Program-made: the position numbers and the translations under genes
Shown here: positions 52,876 to 63,061 of the stretch, piece by piece
How positions within the stretch are numbered: position 1 is the stretch's first letter
Layout of the letters: every line of letters starts with the position of its first letter
Source: Candidatus Nanopelagicales bacterium
Lineage (GTDB): Bacteria; Actinomycetota; Actinomycetes; S36-B12
Length of the DNA: 64,000 nt
Reading direction: 5' to 3'
NCBI GenBank assembly: GCA_017854795.1
Contig: JAFMHB010000001.1
Span: 80,606 to 144,605, forward strand
The notes under the pieces: model-generated
The model's input: the letters and a program-made list of their open reading frames with translations, nothing else
Database searches by the model: none
Told to the model about the DNA's origin: nothing

Positions 52876-53733
52876 CGCGTAGCGCCCTCGAGTTTTTTCA
52901 ATCATGCCCTCGTTGAGTAATTGAGTCAGTGCGGTCTCGCATCGCTGCTGGTCGGGTGATTGCTTCTTGAGTTGTTCCAAGGTTGCTGAATTTTGTTGCT
53001 CGCGCAGGATCTTTAAAATCCTCCCACGCTCTTGGCGGATACTTCCTTCGTAACGAGCCTGGATTTTTTTTGGAATATCGGAATTAGGTTTGCCTTGGGA
53101 AAACCAGTTGCAATTATTGACTATTGGACACTTTTCACACAAGGGATCACGCGCGGTGCAGATGGTCGCACCCAACTCCATGGAAGCCGCCGACCAAGCA
53201 GCAGCGTGTTGTTCACAGATCGGGAGGAGTTCTTGGGCGAGCGCACGTTCAATCACTGAGATAGTTGGTGCCTGGTGGGATTGGCCGAGCCACGCTCGTG
53301 CTAACAGCCTGCGAACATTTACATCAAGAACCAGTGACCGTTGGCCAAACGCAAACGCGAGAATCGCATTAGCGGTGTATTCACCAACTCCGGGCAATGA
53401 AACAAGTTCTTCAAAAGTTTGTGGAACCTCCCCGTTAAACTGTTGTGTAAGAATCACTGCGCTTTCGTGTAGGCGCTTGGCTCGTCGAGGGTAACCCAAA
53501 TTTTCCCAGTGCCGGATTGCCTCACCAACCGGGCTGTCGGCCAAATGCTTTGGCGTTGGCCAGCGCTTCATCCACTGCTCCCATCTCGGTTGAACACGCC
53601 TCACAGGTGTTTGTTGCAGCATGAATTCGCTGACCATTACGCCCCACGGAGTTGTATTTCGCCACGGGAGGACTCTGGCCTCGGTTGTGAACCAAGTGGA
53701 GATGGTCCGCGGATCGGGAGAAGGGATGCTCAC
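52861..53733 (-). CDS. mutY: A/G-specific adenine glycosylase
   Basis: LPWR, SEFMLQQT, LGYPRRA, LPGVGEYTA, C-X6-C-X2-C-X5-C. Confidence 0.95.
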   Translation of the reverse strand: MSIPSPDPRTISTWFTTEARVLPWRNTTPWGVMVSEFMLQQTPVRRVQPRWEQWMKRWPTPKHLADSPVGEAIRHWENLGYPRRAKRLHESAVILTQQFNGEVPQTFEELVSLPGVGEYTANAILAFAFGQRSLVLDVNVRRLLARAWLGQSHQAPTISVIERALAQELLPICEQHAAAWSAASMELGATICTARDPLCEKCPIVNNCNWFSQGKPNSDIPKKIQARYEGSIRQERGRILKILREQQNSATLEQLKKQSPDQQRCETALTQLLNEGMIEKTRGRYALPSS

Positions 53734-53779
53734 CCGGGGATAGTTTCATGCGGCACTGCGGCCGCATTACTGTGGAGTA

Positions 53780-54403
53780 GTGAGCATGCAACCGATTGGT
53801 CCTGAATCACCCAGTATTTATTGGGTTCGTAGGGCAGCACTTCTCGTAATTGTTCTGCTCATCCTTTTCGCCTTGGTGTGGGTTTTCCGAGCAGTCTTCG
53901 GCTCACCGAGTGGTGAGAATCCGGCGGCTGAACCTACGGTCGCCGTTTCGGAGTCCGTTATTCCTGATGGAGAGTTAACTCCGCTAACACCGGTCACGAC
54001 TGACCCGATTGATTGCACGGATTCGGCAATTTTTGTTGAAGCGACAACTGACTCCTCGACATACAAGGTGGGCAAAGAACCTGTTCTGTCCTTGCTAATT
54101 GAGAATATAGGCAGCGTTGCCTGCCTGCGTGATGTTGGACCGCAGGCAAATGAACTTGAAGTGAAGTCAGGCGGGTACCACGTTTGGTCAAGTGATGACT
54201 GTTCCTCAAATAATAAATCAAAGATTGTAACCCTTGAACCAGGTGACAAGGTGGCGTCAACCATCACGTGGAATGGTCAACTCAGTGAACCCGATTGTCC
54301 AGAAATAAACGCGGCTGCAAAAGTTGGCCGCTACGAGGTAATTGGACGCAACCTTGATGTCTTCAGTGAAGCAACACCGTTTGCCCTAACGAAAAAGAAC
54401 TAG
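53780..54403 (+). CDS. Conserved actinobacterial membrane-anchored protein (mutY-radA linked)
   Basis: GP....IYWVRR, TM, WSSDDC; TACTGT-N6-GTG start. Confidence 0.8.
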   Translation: MSMQPIGPESPSIYWVRRAALLVIVLLILFALVWVFRAVFGSPSGENPAAEPTVAVSESVIPDGELTPLTPVTTDPIDCTDSAIFVEATTDSSTYKVGKEPVLSLLIENIGSVACLRDVGPQANELEVKSGGYHVWSSDDCSSNNKSKIVTLEPGDKVASTITWNGQLSEPDCPEINAAAKVGRYEVIGRNLDVFSEATPFALTKKN

Positions 54404-55791
54404 AAATCTGGGACGCCTTCTGGCTGCGAATTGGCGGTGAGTTTGGCCATCAGGATCACAGCTTGTCCAATATTGGAGACAGGATGAGCCTTTATTCCTT
54501 GGGTTTTTACACTCGAGCCCGCCGGAATAATTGCATCGGTGAACCCGAGGCGGGAGGCCTCGCCCAATCTGCGTTCAAGGCCTGTTACCCGGCGAATATC
54601 GCCAGCGAGTCCCAGTTCGCCGATTGCAACTAGTCCACTGGGAAGTGAGATGTCTTTGACACTGCTGACGATGGCAAGTGCGGTAGCAAGATCGGTTGCA
54701 GGTTCAAGTAATCGCATGCCACCGACAGTCGCGACAAAACAATCCGCTGTCGAGAGTTTGAGTCCGGCTCGACGTTCCAAGATTCCCAGCATCATGGCGG
54801 TGCGAGATGAGTCCAGTCCGCTGGTGACGCGGCGGGGTTGAGGTGAACTGGATGGGGCGATAAGTGCTTGGACCTCAGCGACCAGCGGTCGTTTTCCTTC
54901 GACGGTGATGGTGACGCAGGTTCCAGGAACAGGGTGAGTCCGGTCGCCGAGGAATAGTCCACTTGGGTCAGGAAGTCCGTGAATTCCGTCTTCGGTTAAC
55001 TCAAAGCAACCAATTTCGTCTGCTGGTCCGTATCGATTTTTAATTGCGCGAACCAGTCGAAGCGGACCATGACGGTCACCTTCAAACTGCAGCACCACAT
55101 CAACCAAGTGTTCGAGGGCGCGAGGACCGGCAACACTTCCATCCTTTGTTACGTGGCCAACCAATACCGTGGTCATATTTCTTGATTTAGCAGCCCTGAT
55201 GAGTGAAGCCGCCACCTCTTTTACTTGAGTAACCCCGCCACCGACACCGTCAATGTCGGCACTTGCAATCGTCTGGACGGAGTCAACGATGAGAAGTGAG
55301 GGATTAGTCTCTTCAATATGGCCTAGAGCAACCCCGAGGTCGGTTTCAGCCGCCAGAAAAAGTGAGTCACTCAGTGCGTCAATCCGCTCTGCCCGCAGCC
55401 GAACTTGAGCAGCTGACTCTTCGCCCGTTATGTAGAGGACTTTGTGACCGAGCCGCGCCCACTGGGCGGCAACGGCAAGTAGCAGAGTTGATTTTCCGAC
55501 CCCCGGCTCACCGGCGAGAAGCAGTACAGCACCTGGAACAAAGCCACCGCCAAGTGCGCGATCAAATTCACCGATCCCGGTACTTTGGGATTGGGCAGAA
55601 CTAATGTCAATGGCGCTAATTGCGAGTGCAGGGGAGGTTGTAGCCCTTGCTTTTGTGGTCGCGGTGACGACCCCTAGCTCCTCGACGCTACCCCAGGATT
55701 GGCACTCGCCACAGCGACCAGCCCACTTCCCTGTGGCCCACCCGCACTCGGTGCAGCGGAACTGGGGTGTTTTTGTCGTGCTTTTTGCCAT
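54400..55791 (-). CDS. radA: DNA repair protein RadA/Sms
   Basis: C4 Zn finger, GEPGVGKST, KNRYG, Lon-like C-terminus. Confidence 0.97.
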   Translation of the reverse strand: MAKSTTKTPQFRCTECGWATGKWAGRCGECQSWGSVEELGVVTATTKARATTSPALAISAIDISSAQSQSTGIGEFDRALGGGFVPGAVLLLAGEPGVGKSTLLLAVAAQWARLGHKVLYITGEESAAQVRLRAERIDALSDSLFLAAETDLGVALGHIEETNPSLLIVDSVQTIASADIDGVGGGVTQVKEVAASLIRAAKSRNMTTVLVGHVTKDGSVAGPRALEHLVDVVLQFEGDRHGPLRLVRAIKNRYGPADEIGCFELTEDGIHGLPDPSGLFLGDRTHPVPGTCVTITVEGKRPLVAEVQALIAPSSSPQPRRVTSGLDSSRTAMMLGILERRAGLKLSTADCFVATVGGMRLLEPATDLATALAIVSSVKDISLPSGLVAIGELGLAGDIRRVTGLERRLGEASRLGFTDAIIPAGSSVKTQGIKAHPVSNIGQAVILMAKLTANSQPEGVPDF

Positions 55792-55806
55792 GTTGATTCC
55801 TGAGCG

Positions 55807-56598
55807 TTAGTCCTGCGGGTCAGCAGGATGAATGGAAAGCCCAATTCTGGCAGTTACGTCTGACTTTTTACTCCTCTGATTAAAAGCTGTGAGGACCTCG
55901 TCGCGATCACGGCACAATCGGGCAAGCTCTTCGTACGCTGGAGCCCCGATCAGGGCCACGATTTCGTCCTTTGAGTTGATGTACACGGGTTCGCTGGCCG
56001 TGTGGGCCTCAGTATTCCCCGTGCAGTACCACTCAAAATCGGAGCCACCGGCTCCCCACCCTCTGCGGTCGTATTCACCTAACACGACGACCATACGCTC
56101 ACGGCCATCTTCGTAGGTCACGTTGTCATAGGAGCGACGTAATGGGAGTTGCCAGCAAACGTCGGGCTTCGTTTCGATGAACGAGACGCCCTCTTTCTCA
56201 GCTAGGTGGTGCAGTGCACATCCGTATCCACCAGCAAAATCCTCGGAATTGTGAAAAATGCAGGCGCCGTTGACCACTCGAGTTTTATTGGCGCCGTCTT
56301 CTTTTTCGCTCCACCCCTTTTTCCCATGTCCAGTTTCGAAATTTTCCCACAGCTCGGGGGTCAGTTTCTTTACCCATTTGCCGACCCGTTTTTCATCTTT
56401 CTTTTCAGAAAAATGAGCACCGTGGACGCAGCAACCAGCGTCGGGACGCTCCGCGTCAATTCCTTTGCAGCCTCTCCCAAATATGCAGTTGTACTTGGAC
56501 ATGAGCCAGGTTAGATCGCATCGGATCAACTGGTCGTCGTCGGCTGGGTCAACAAACTCGACCCAGGCTCGGGGGAAATCAAGGGGGACTTCAGGCAT
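55807..56598 (-). CDS. Conserved Cys-rich hypothetical protein (possible metal/Fe-S binding)
   Basis: CIFGRGC, GCCVHGA, GACIF, GCALH, KPDVCWQLP; TAGGCT-N6-ATG start. Confidence 0.8.
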   Translation of the reverse strand: MPEVPLDFPRAWVEFVDPADDDQLIRCDLTWLMSKYNCIFGRGCKGIDAERPDAGCCVHGAHFSEKKDEKRVGKWVKKLTPELWENFETGHGKKGWSEKEDGANKTRVVNGACIFHNSEDFAGGYGCALHHLAEKEGVSFIETKPDVCWQLPLRRSYDNVTYEDGRERMVVVLGEYDRRGWGAGGSDFEWYCTGNTEAHTASEPVYINSKDEIVALIGAPAYEELARLCRDRDEVLTAFNQRSKKSDVTARIGLSIHPADPQD

Positions 56599-56685
56599 TA
56601 CTCAAGCCTAGGTCAGCAACGCGTCTGCTGAGCCACTGGCACCATTGAGTAAGTGCAGGAGCCCGCATTCGGGTAACGTGGTGTC

Positions 56686-59112
56686 ATGAGTCTTGGGCAC
56701 CCGGACAGTGCCAACAGTGCCAACAGTGCCAACAGTGCCAACAGTGCCAACAGTGCCAACGGCGCCAACAGTGCTAAGACTGCCGAAAGTGCGCACAGCA
56801 TTGGATTGACTCAAGCAGAAGTTGATCAGCGCATTGCCGCTGGTGAAACAAATGATGCACCGGATGCGAACTCCCGGAGCCTTGCGAGCATTGTCAAAGA
56901 AAATACGTTGACTTGGTTCAACTTCCTCATTGGGTCAATGTGGATCGTAATGCTGATTGTGGCGCCTTGGCAGGATTCGCTTTTTGGTCTAGTGATTGTG
57001 GCTAATACGTTAATTGGCACCATTCAGGAGTACCGAGCTTCACGAACACTTGAGAAACTCGCGGTAATCGGTGAAGCGAAACCTGTTGTGCGCCGTGATG
57101 GCTCCGATCAAGAAATTAGCGCAGCGCAGATAGTTCTAGGCGATCTCATCGTGTTGCGAACAGGTGATCAACTCGTTGTGGACGGTGAAATAGAACAATC
57201 ACAAGGATTGGAAATTGATGAAAGCCTCTTGACAGGCGAAGCCGATCCGGTTGACAAGCATGTTGGGGACTCGGCCATGAGTGGTTCATTTGTAGTGGCA
57301 GGCAGTGGCTACATGCGAGCAACCAAAGTTGGTCGTGACTCGTTTGCGGCTGGCCTAACTGAAGCAGCCAAGCAGTTTCAAATCACAAATTCGGAACTAC
57401 GTGATGCAATCAACAAATTCATTAGATACGTTTCTTACTTCCTGCTGCCCGTAGGTATAGCTCTGCTTTTGTCTCAATTATTCCGAGCAAAATTGCCACT
57501 TGATGAATCAATTAGGGGAACGATCGCCGGAGTAGTCACCATGGTGCCCGAAGGTCTAGTTCTTCTGACTTCTATTGCAATGGCTGTCGCGGTAATTGAT
57601 CTCGCCCGAAAGCGAGTGTTGGTACAAGACTTGCCCGCTGTGGAAGTGTTGGCTCGCGTTGACACGGTATGCGCCGACAAGACCGGAACCCTCACTGAAC
57701 CGGGAATGCAGGTGCAGGAAACAATTCCGCTCGGTGATGTGGGCTTGGCTGATATTGAGGCTGCCCTCGGGGCAGTAGCTGCCTCGCAGCCAAATGCGAA
57801 TCCCACACTTATTGCCATTGAGTCCAGTTACCCGAATCCCGGTTGGCAAATCACGGAATCGGTGCCGTTTTCCAGTGCGCGCAAATGGTCAAGTGCGGCC
57901 TTTGTAGATCGAGGTACATGGATACTCGGCGCCCCAGAGATGATTGACCCCAGCAACTCCTCGATGCTGGTTCATGCAAATAAAAGTGCGGCGTCGGGTG
58001 CTCGAGTGCTGGTTCTGGCTAAGAGCGCTGCGAGTGTTTCATCCGATGAAAACCTTGGAGTGGTTGACTCCGTGGCACTAGTAGTGATCAGCCAGACGCT
58101 CCGAAGTGATGCAGCGGAGACGGTCACATACTTCCTCAGTCAAGGGGTCAACGTGAAGGTGATCTCGGGTGACAATGCTGAAACAGTCGGTGCAATTGCC
58201 AGCCAAGCGGGGGTCCCTGGTGCAGACCACCCCTATGACGCTCGTAACCTGCCTGACAATACCGATGAAATCGCTGACGTGCTTTCTACCACAAATGTAT
58301 TTGGGCGCGTGACTCCAGCGCAAAAGCAAGCGATGGTCGACGCATTGCATTTACAAGGAAAAACCGTTGCCATGACAGGCGATGGAGTGAACGACGTTCT
58401 GGCGCTGAAGAACTCCGATCTTGGAATTGCCATGGGCTCTGGTTCGGGGGCAACGCGCGCGGTCGCACAATTAGTTTTGCTTGATGACCAGTGGTCGGTG
58501 ATGCCAAGTGTTGTGGCGCAGGGGCGAAAGGTTTTAGGCAATATCGAACGTGTTGCCGACGTCTTTTTGACTAAGAGTTTCTATGCAATGATCGTGAGCA
58601 GCGCAACGGTCATCTTCGCTGTAGCGTTCCCATTTTTACCCCGGCATTTAACCTTGGTGAGTGCATTGACAATCGGTATTCCTGGATTCTTCCTTGCATT
58701 GATGCCGAACACGGAGAGGTTCCGACCAGGCTTCTTCCGACGGGTACTCCTTTTCGCTGTTCCCGCTGGCGTGATCGCTGCGGTTGCTGCGTTTACCAGC
58801 TATGGAGTTGCACTCTATTTTGATGAGCCGATATTTAATGCGCAGTCGGGGGCGACGATCACGCTGTTCATTGTGACCATTGCAGTGCTGGCTCAATCGG
58901 CGAGGCCGTTAATTGCAGTTAGGCTGCTGTTGGTAGCCGCGATGATCGCGGCTTTCGTCGCGGTGCTCTACATCCCATTTCTATCAAACTTCTTTCTATT
59001 GTCATTGGGCCCCGAGCGCTACAGCATTATTTCGATTGTCGTTGGCCTCGTGGGGGCATTAGCGGTTGGAATCGCCACAAAGATCACTGACCAGTGGAGG
59101 CGTGGACCATGA
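56686..59112 (+). CDS. Cation-translocating P-type ATPase (CtpE-like)
   Basis: LTGEA, VPEGL, DKTGTLT, SGDN, TGDGVND. Confidence 0.95.
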   Translation: MSLGHPDSANSANSANSANSANSANGANSAKTAESAHSIGLTQAEVDQRIAAGETNDAPDANSRSLASIVKENTLTWFNFLIGSMWIVMLIVAPWQDSLFGLVIVANTLIGTIQEYRASRTLEKLAVIGEAKPVVRRDGSDQEISAAQIVLGDLIVLRTGDQLVVDGEIEQSQGLEIDESLLTGEADPVDKHVGDSAMSGSFVVAGSGYMRATKVGRDSFAAGLTEAAKQFQITNSELRDAINKFIRYVSYFLLPVGIALLLSQLFRAKLPLDESIRGTIAGVVTMVPEGLVLLTSIAMAVAVIDLARKRVLVQDLPAVEVLARVDTVCADKTGTLTEPGMQVQETIPLGDVGLADIEAALGAVAASQPNANPTLIAIESSYPNPGWQITESVPFSSARKWSSAAFVDRGTWILGAPEMIDPSNSSMLVHANKSAASGARVLVLAKSAASVSSDENLGVVDSVALVVISQTLRSDAAETVTYFLSQGVNVKVISGDNAETVGAIASQAGVPGADHPYDARNLPDNTDEIADVLSTTNVFGRVTPAQKQAMVDALHLQGKTVAMTGDGVNDVLALKNSDLGIAMGSGSGATRAVAQLVLLDDQWSVMPSVVAQGRKVLGNIERVADVFLTKSFYAMIVSSATVIFAVAFPFLPRHLTLVSALTIGIPGFFLALMPNTERFRPGFFRRVLLFAVPAGVIAAVAAFTSYGVALYFDEPIFNAQSGATITLFIVTIAVLAQSARPLIAVRLLLVAAMIAAFVAVLYIPFLSNFFLLSLGPERYSIISIVVGLVGALAVGIATKITDQWRRGP
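56707..56796 (+). repeat. 9-bp in-frame tandem repeat: AGTGCCAAC x6 plus 4 degenerate copies
   Basis: Six perfect units 56707-56760 encoding (SAN)6, then GAN-SAK-TAE-SAH. Confidence 0.97.
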
Positions 59113-59891
59113 AAATTGGACTGTCGACATCATCGGTTTTCCCCGAGTCAACCGCAGCCGCATTCGAACTTGCCGCCCTCAACGGATACGACGGAGTCGA
59201 AATAATGGTCGGGATGGACTCCATGAGCCAAGACTCAACCGCATTGAGAAACCTTGTCCAGCACTATCAACTCCCGATCATTTCCTTGCATTCCCCTTGC
59301 CTGCTGATCACTCAGCGAGTCTGGGGGACAAACCCGTGGGGCAAACTCGACAAAGCGCGCGAGGTTGCCGAGCTTGTCGGAGCAACGAGCGTTGTAGTGC
59401 ACCCGCCATTTCGTTGGCAGCGTGAATATGCCAAGAATTTTGAAAATGGAATAGCTGAACTTAATCGGAATTCCCAAGTTGGTTTCACGGTGGAAAATAT
59501 GTATCCGTGGCGTGCCGGCCCAGGATCATTCCCTGCTTATGCACCCGATTGGGACATCAGAAAACAGGATTATGAAAATGTTACTCTGGACTTTTCACAT
59601 ACGTCAGTGTCTCGAACCGATCCCATTGAGATGATGCAGGAGTTCGGGGATCGACTGCGACACATTCACTTGGCAGATGGAACCGATTCCGCGGCCGACG
59701 AGCATCTAGTGCCTGGCAGGGGCACACAGCCAGTTCGTGAAGCATTGGAATTTCTCAAACGAAACGGTTTCGACGGAAATATTATTGCTGAGATTTCGAC
59801 ACGCTCAGTAGTTGATCGCGATGAAAGGATCGCTGACATAAAGGCCAGTATTGATTTTGTGCGCGGGGTGTTCCCGCGCGGTGAGGAGTAA
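59109..59891 (+). CDS. Sugar-phosphate isomerase/epimerase (TIM barrel)
   Basis: GLSTSSV, VVVHPPFRWQ, ENMYPW, HIHLADG, DEHL.PG. Confidence 0.9.
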   Translation: MKIGLSTSSVFPESTAAAFELAALNGYDGVEIMVGMDSMSQDSTALRNLVQHYQLPIISLHSPCLLITQRVWGTNPWGKLDKAREVAELVGATSVVVHPPFRWQREYAKNFENGIAELNRNSQVGFTVENMYPWRAGPGSFPAYAPDWDIRKQDYENVTLDFSHTSVSRTDPIEMMQEFGDRLRHIHLADGTDSAADEHLVPGRGTQPVREALEFLKRNGFDGNIIAEISTRSVVDRDERIADIKASIDFVRGVFPRGEE

Positions 59892-59894
59892 GAA

Positions 59895-60503
59895 ATGTCG
59901 CAAGAACCAGCTCAAGAAGCGGGTGGAATCGTTGGGGTTGCGCGTTCCATGTTCCTCAATTCGGGTTATGCCCGAACGACAATCAAGTCGATCGCTGCGG
60001 CGGCAGGGGTCGCGCCAACCGTTGTCTCAAACCTGTACACGAATAAAGGGGCACTATTCGCCGCAGCGATGTCTTTCCCGAGTGATCCACAAAAAGCGAT
60101 TCCCGCACTGGTTGCACCAGGAATTCAGGGGATGGGCGAACGACTTGTGCGGGCAACACTGCAACTAGTCGCTGATCAGCAGGTGCGTGAAGATCTCGTC
60201 AAGGCGGCAAATGCGGGTCGTTCATTGAACTCGGGCATCGACATGTTCGCTGTAATCAAACCGCTTTCGGACTACTTCCAAAGTGCCGTTGTCGATCGGG
60301 CGTTGATTTTGATGGGGATCCCTGATGCGCGGATTAGAGGTGCATTGATTAGCTCCTATTTAACAGGTGTTATTGCCTATCGTTATTTCTTGAAAATTGA
60401 GCCATTGTCGAGTTTGTCTCAAGAGCAGGTGGTTGCACTTGTTTCTCCGATTGTTCAGGATCTACTTGACCCAACAAAACCGCTACCCGGTGGTGTGAAA
60501 TGA
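59895..60503 (+). CDS. TetR-family regulator
   Basis: F...GY..TTIKSIAAAAGV HTH; C-terminal RY...IEPL. Confidence 0.85.
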   Translation: MSQEPAQEAGGIVGVARSMFLNSGYARTTIKSIAAAAGVAPTVVSNLYTNKGALFAAAMSFPSDPQKAIPALVAPGIQGMGERLVRATLQLVADQQVREDLVKAANAGRSLNSGIDMFAVIKPLSDYFQSAVVDRALILMGIPDARIRGALISSYLTGVIAYRYFLKIEPLSSLSQEQVVALVSPIVQDLLDPTKPLPGGVK

Positions 60504-61291
60504 AGAAAATTGGTGTGATCGGTTCAGGCTCTATGGGTCAGGCACTGATTTCTGGATGGACAGAGTCAGGGGCCAGTGTTGTTGCAATTGTGCGCGACGT
60601 TGAAAAATATCGGCATCTGGAAAAATCGCTCGGTATTGATGTCACCGATAACCGAAGTGCCCTTTTGGAGTGCGATGTCGTGGTTATTGCTATTAAGCCT
60701 CAGATAATTAAAGAGGTACTTCACGAGTTTCAGTCCTATATCGCTGATCACGCACTTGTGATCTCTGTTGCGGTGGGTATTACTACCGAGTTCATCGGAA
60801 AATGTTTCCCCCAGACTGTGGAAATCGTGAAAGCCATGCCTAACACTCCTTCGCAAATTCACATGGGCGTGACCTGCATCAGTGGTGGTGAGAATTGTTC
60901 AGATAGTTCAATTGCGGTTGCGACCGAATTATTGAGCGCGGTCGGTGAGGTTTTTGTTGTCCCTGAATCCCAGCAAGCCGCGGTCGGTGCAGTTTCGGGA
61001 AGCGGTCCGGCTTACTTGTTTTTCCTTGCCCAGTATTTGCGGGAGGGCGCGCAGCAACTGGGCGTAGATGCCGATCTGGCTGATCAATTGATTCGGGCGA
61101 CGCTACGGGGATCGGCCGAGTTGCTCATGCAATCTGAAATGTCGGCCACTCAATTGCGTAAGCAGGTGACGTCACCGGGTGGAACTACCCAGGCCGCGAT
61201 GGAGGTACTTGATTCAGCACGGGTTGGTGAAGTCATTTGTGCGGCGCTAGAGGCAGGCGTCGCTCGTTCAATTGAGCTGGGCAAGAGCTGA
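60500..61291 (+). CDS. proC: Pyrroline-5-carboxylate reductase
   Basis: IGSGSMG, IKPQ, MPNTP, SGSGPAY, VTSPGGTT. Confidence 0.97.
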   Translation: MKKIGVIGSGSMGQALISGWTESGASVVAIVRDVEKYRHLEKSLGIDVTDNRSALLECDVVVIAIKPQIIKEVLHEFQSYIADHALVISVAVGITTEFIGKCFPQTVEIVKAMPNTPSQIHMGVTCISGGENCSDSSIAVATELLSAVGEVFVVPESQQAAVGAVSGSGPAYLFFLAQYLREGAQQLGVDADLADQLIRATLRGSAELLMQSEMSATQLRKQVTSPGGTTQAAMEVLDSARVGEVICAALEAGVARSIELGKS

Positions 61292-61301
61292 ATTCGTTTT
61301 T

Positions 61302-62498
61302 GTGAAACCTGATATTTACATCCCATGGGATGAAAAACTTGTGCACTACAACTTTGGGCAGGATCACCCGCTTGCCCCCATCCGTGTTGAGTTAGCCATG
61401 CGATTGGCCCAAGAACTTGGAGTCATTTCGAGGGAGAACCTTTTCGAACCGGTTATTCTCGCCACCAACGAACAACTATTGCGGGCTCATAGTGCCGACT
61501 ACATCGCAGCTGTCACCACGGCAGGAGCGAATCCGCAGCAGGCTGCGTTGGAATTTGGTCTGGGCACCAGTGATAACCCAGTCTTTGCTGGAATGCATGA
61601 AGCTTCGGCTCGTGTTTCGGGCGCCACGCTGATGGCGGCAAATGCAGTGTGGAACGGGGAAGCCAAACATGCGGTTAATCTGGCCGGTGGACTGCATCAC
61701 GCGCAACGGGCGAGTGCGTCAGGGTTTTGCATTTACAACGATATTGCGGTCGCGATCTACGACTTACTTGAACAGGGCGCGAAGCGAATCGCATATATCG
61801 ACATCGACGCCCACCACGGTGATGGAGTAGCAAATATTTTTTACGATGACCCGCGTGTGTTGACCATTTCGATACATGAGAGTCCTGCCACATTGTTTCC
61901 AGGAACCGGTTGGCCGTCTGAAACGGGCGGAACCGATGCGCCTGGCAGTTGTGTCAACATCGCGTTACCGGCCGGAACGGGGGATCAAGGATGGCTCAGG
62001 GCCTTTGTCTCGGTCGTACCGCAGGTAATCGATGTGTTTTCCCCCGAGATCATCTTTGGCCAAAATGGCGCAGATTCACATATTCACGACCCATTGACTC
62101 ATTTGGCTCTCAGTGTTGACGGCCAGCGTTGCGCCTACGAATTGATACATCAACTTTCCCACAGGCATGGGGGGAAACTGGTCGCGGTAGGCGGTGGAGG
62201 CTATGACGTTGCTGACGCGGTTCCTCGCAGTTGGGCTAATTTACTCGCGGTGGTGGCGGGCAGTGAGTTGGCAAAAGATGCTGCAATTCCTCATGATTAC
62301 CTGGAATATGTACAGAGTTCATTAGGCTCATTGGGTGTCCCGAGTGGGATAAGTTTCTCCGACGGCATGAAGCCGTGGGCTAAACCAATTGATCAAGGAT
62401 TCAATGATCGGGATCCGGTGGACGCTGCCATCATGGCGACCAGATCGGCTGCCTTCCCCAACTTTGGACTGGATCCGGAAGTAAATTCTTGGTTCTAG
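61302..62498 (+). CDS. acuC: AcuC / histone-deacetylase-family protein
   Basis: GGLHHA, SGFC.YND, DAHHGDG, FPGTG, GGGGY. Confidence 0.92.
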   Translation: MKPDIYIPWDEKLVHYNFGQDHPLAPIRVELAMRLAQELGVISRENLFEPVILATNEQLLRAHSADYIAAVTTAGANPQQAALEFGLGTSDNPVFAGMHEASARVSGATLMAANAVWNGEAKHAVNLAGGLHHAQRASASGFCIYNDIAVAIYDLLEQGAKRIAYIDIDAHHGDGVANIFYDDPRVLTISIHESPATLFPGTGWPSETGGTDAPGSCVNIALPAGTGDQGWLRAFVSVVPQVIDVFSPEIIFGQNGADSHIHDPLTHLALSVDGQRCAYELIHQLSHRHGGKLVAVGGGGYDVADAVPRSWANLLAVVAGSELAKDAAIPHDYLEYVQSSLGSLGVPSGISFSDGMKPWAKPIDQGFNDRDPVDAAIMATRSAAFPNFGLDPEVNSWF

Positions 62499-62626
62499 CG
62501 TGTCCATTCAACTATTTTGAACATTTTCGGGTATCTGGTCGCGCCACGCCGGGACGACCGACTATTGTTCGATAGTCCTGATAAGGGGAGACTTTCAACA
62601 ACGCCTATCGAAAAATGGAGTACCGC

Positions 62627-62824
62627 ATGTCAACAGCAGCTTTTGGTGATGTTCGTTTCCTCACCGTGGCCGAAGTAGCCGGAGTAATGCGCGTCTCAAA
62701 GATGACGGTTTATCGTCTTGTACACAACGGTGAATTAACCGCCGTCCGGGTTGGTCGCTCATTCCGCGTCCCCGAGCAGGCAGTTCAGGATTACCTCCGC
62801 GATTCCTACATTGAAACCGCGTAA
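62627..62824 (+). CDS. Excisionase-like HTH DNA-binding protein (Rv0500A-like)
   Basis: FLTVAEVA.VMRVSKMTVYRLVH.GEL.AVRVGRSFRV; GGAG SD. Confidence 0.93.
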   Translation: MSTAAFGDVRFLTVAEVAGVMRVSKMTVYRLVHNGELTAVRVGRSFRVPEQAVQDYLRDSYIETA

Positions 62825-62929
62825 AGGCATCCAAGTAGCCTCGCAACACAGGCAGTGAACGATCACAGATAGACTGCACTTCGCTTTACATGACATTTAC
62901 TTCACGTACTTCAAGTAAGGAAATTATTA

Positions 62930-63031
62930 ATGGGCTCAGTAATCAAAAAGCGTCGCAAGCGGATGGCTAAGAAGAAGCACCGCAAACTGCTGCGTCGCAC
63001 CCGAGTCCAGCGCAGAAACAAGAAGAAGTAG
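62930..63031 (+). CDS. 30S ribosomal protein bS22 (33 aa; absent from the ORF track)
   Basis: Hand translation [33 protein letters not shown]. Confidence 0.95.
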   Translation: MGSVIKKRRKRMAKKKHRKLLRRTRVQRRNKKK

Positions 63032-63061
63032 TCGTCAGGCCCTTCCGCCCAGAAGTACGAC

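Noticed and set aside
56608..56814. Tandem repeat as a CRISPR array; antisense ORFs (VGT)n and (LAL)n as genes
   Set aside because: 9-bp head-to-tail units with no spacers and no cas genes. The antisense ORFs are by-products of a stop-free repeat.
62627..62824. Excisionase as a sign of a prophage or ICE
   Set aside because: No integrase or att-like repeat seen; this is the conserved core gene between proC and bS22.
62825..62929. Possible structured RNA upstream of bS22
   Set aside because: No convincing stem pattern or known motif by eye; more simply a promoter/5' UTR.
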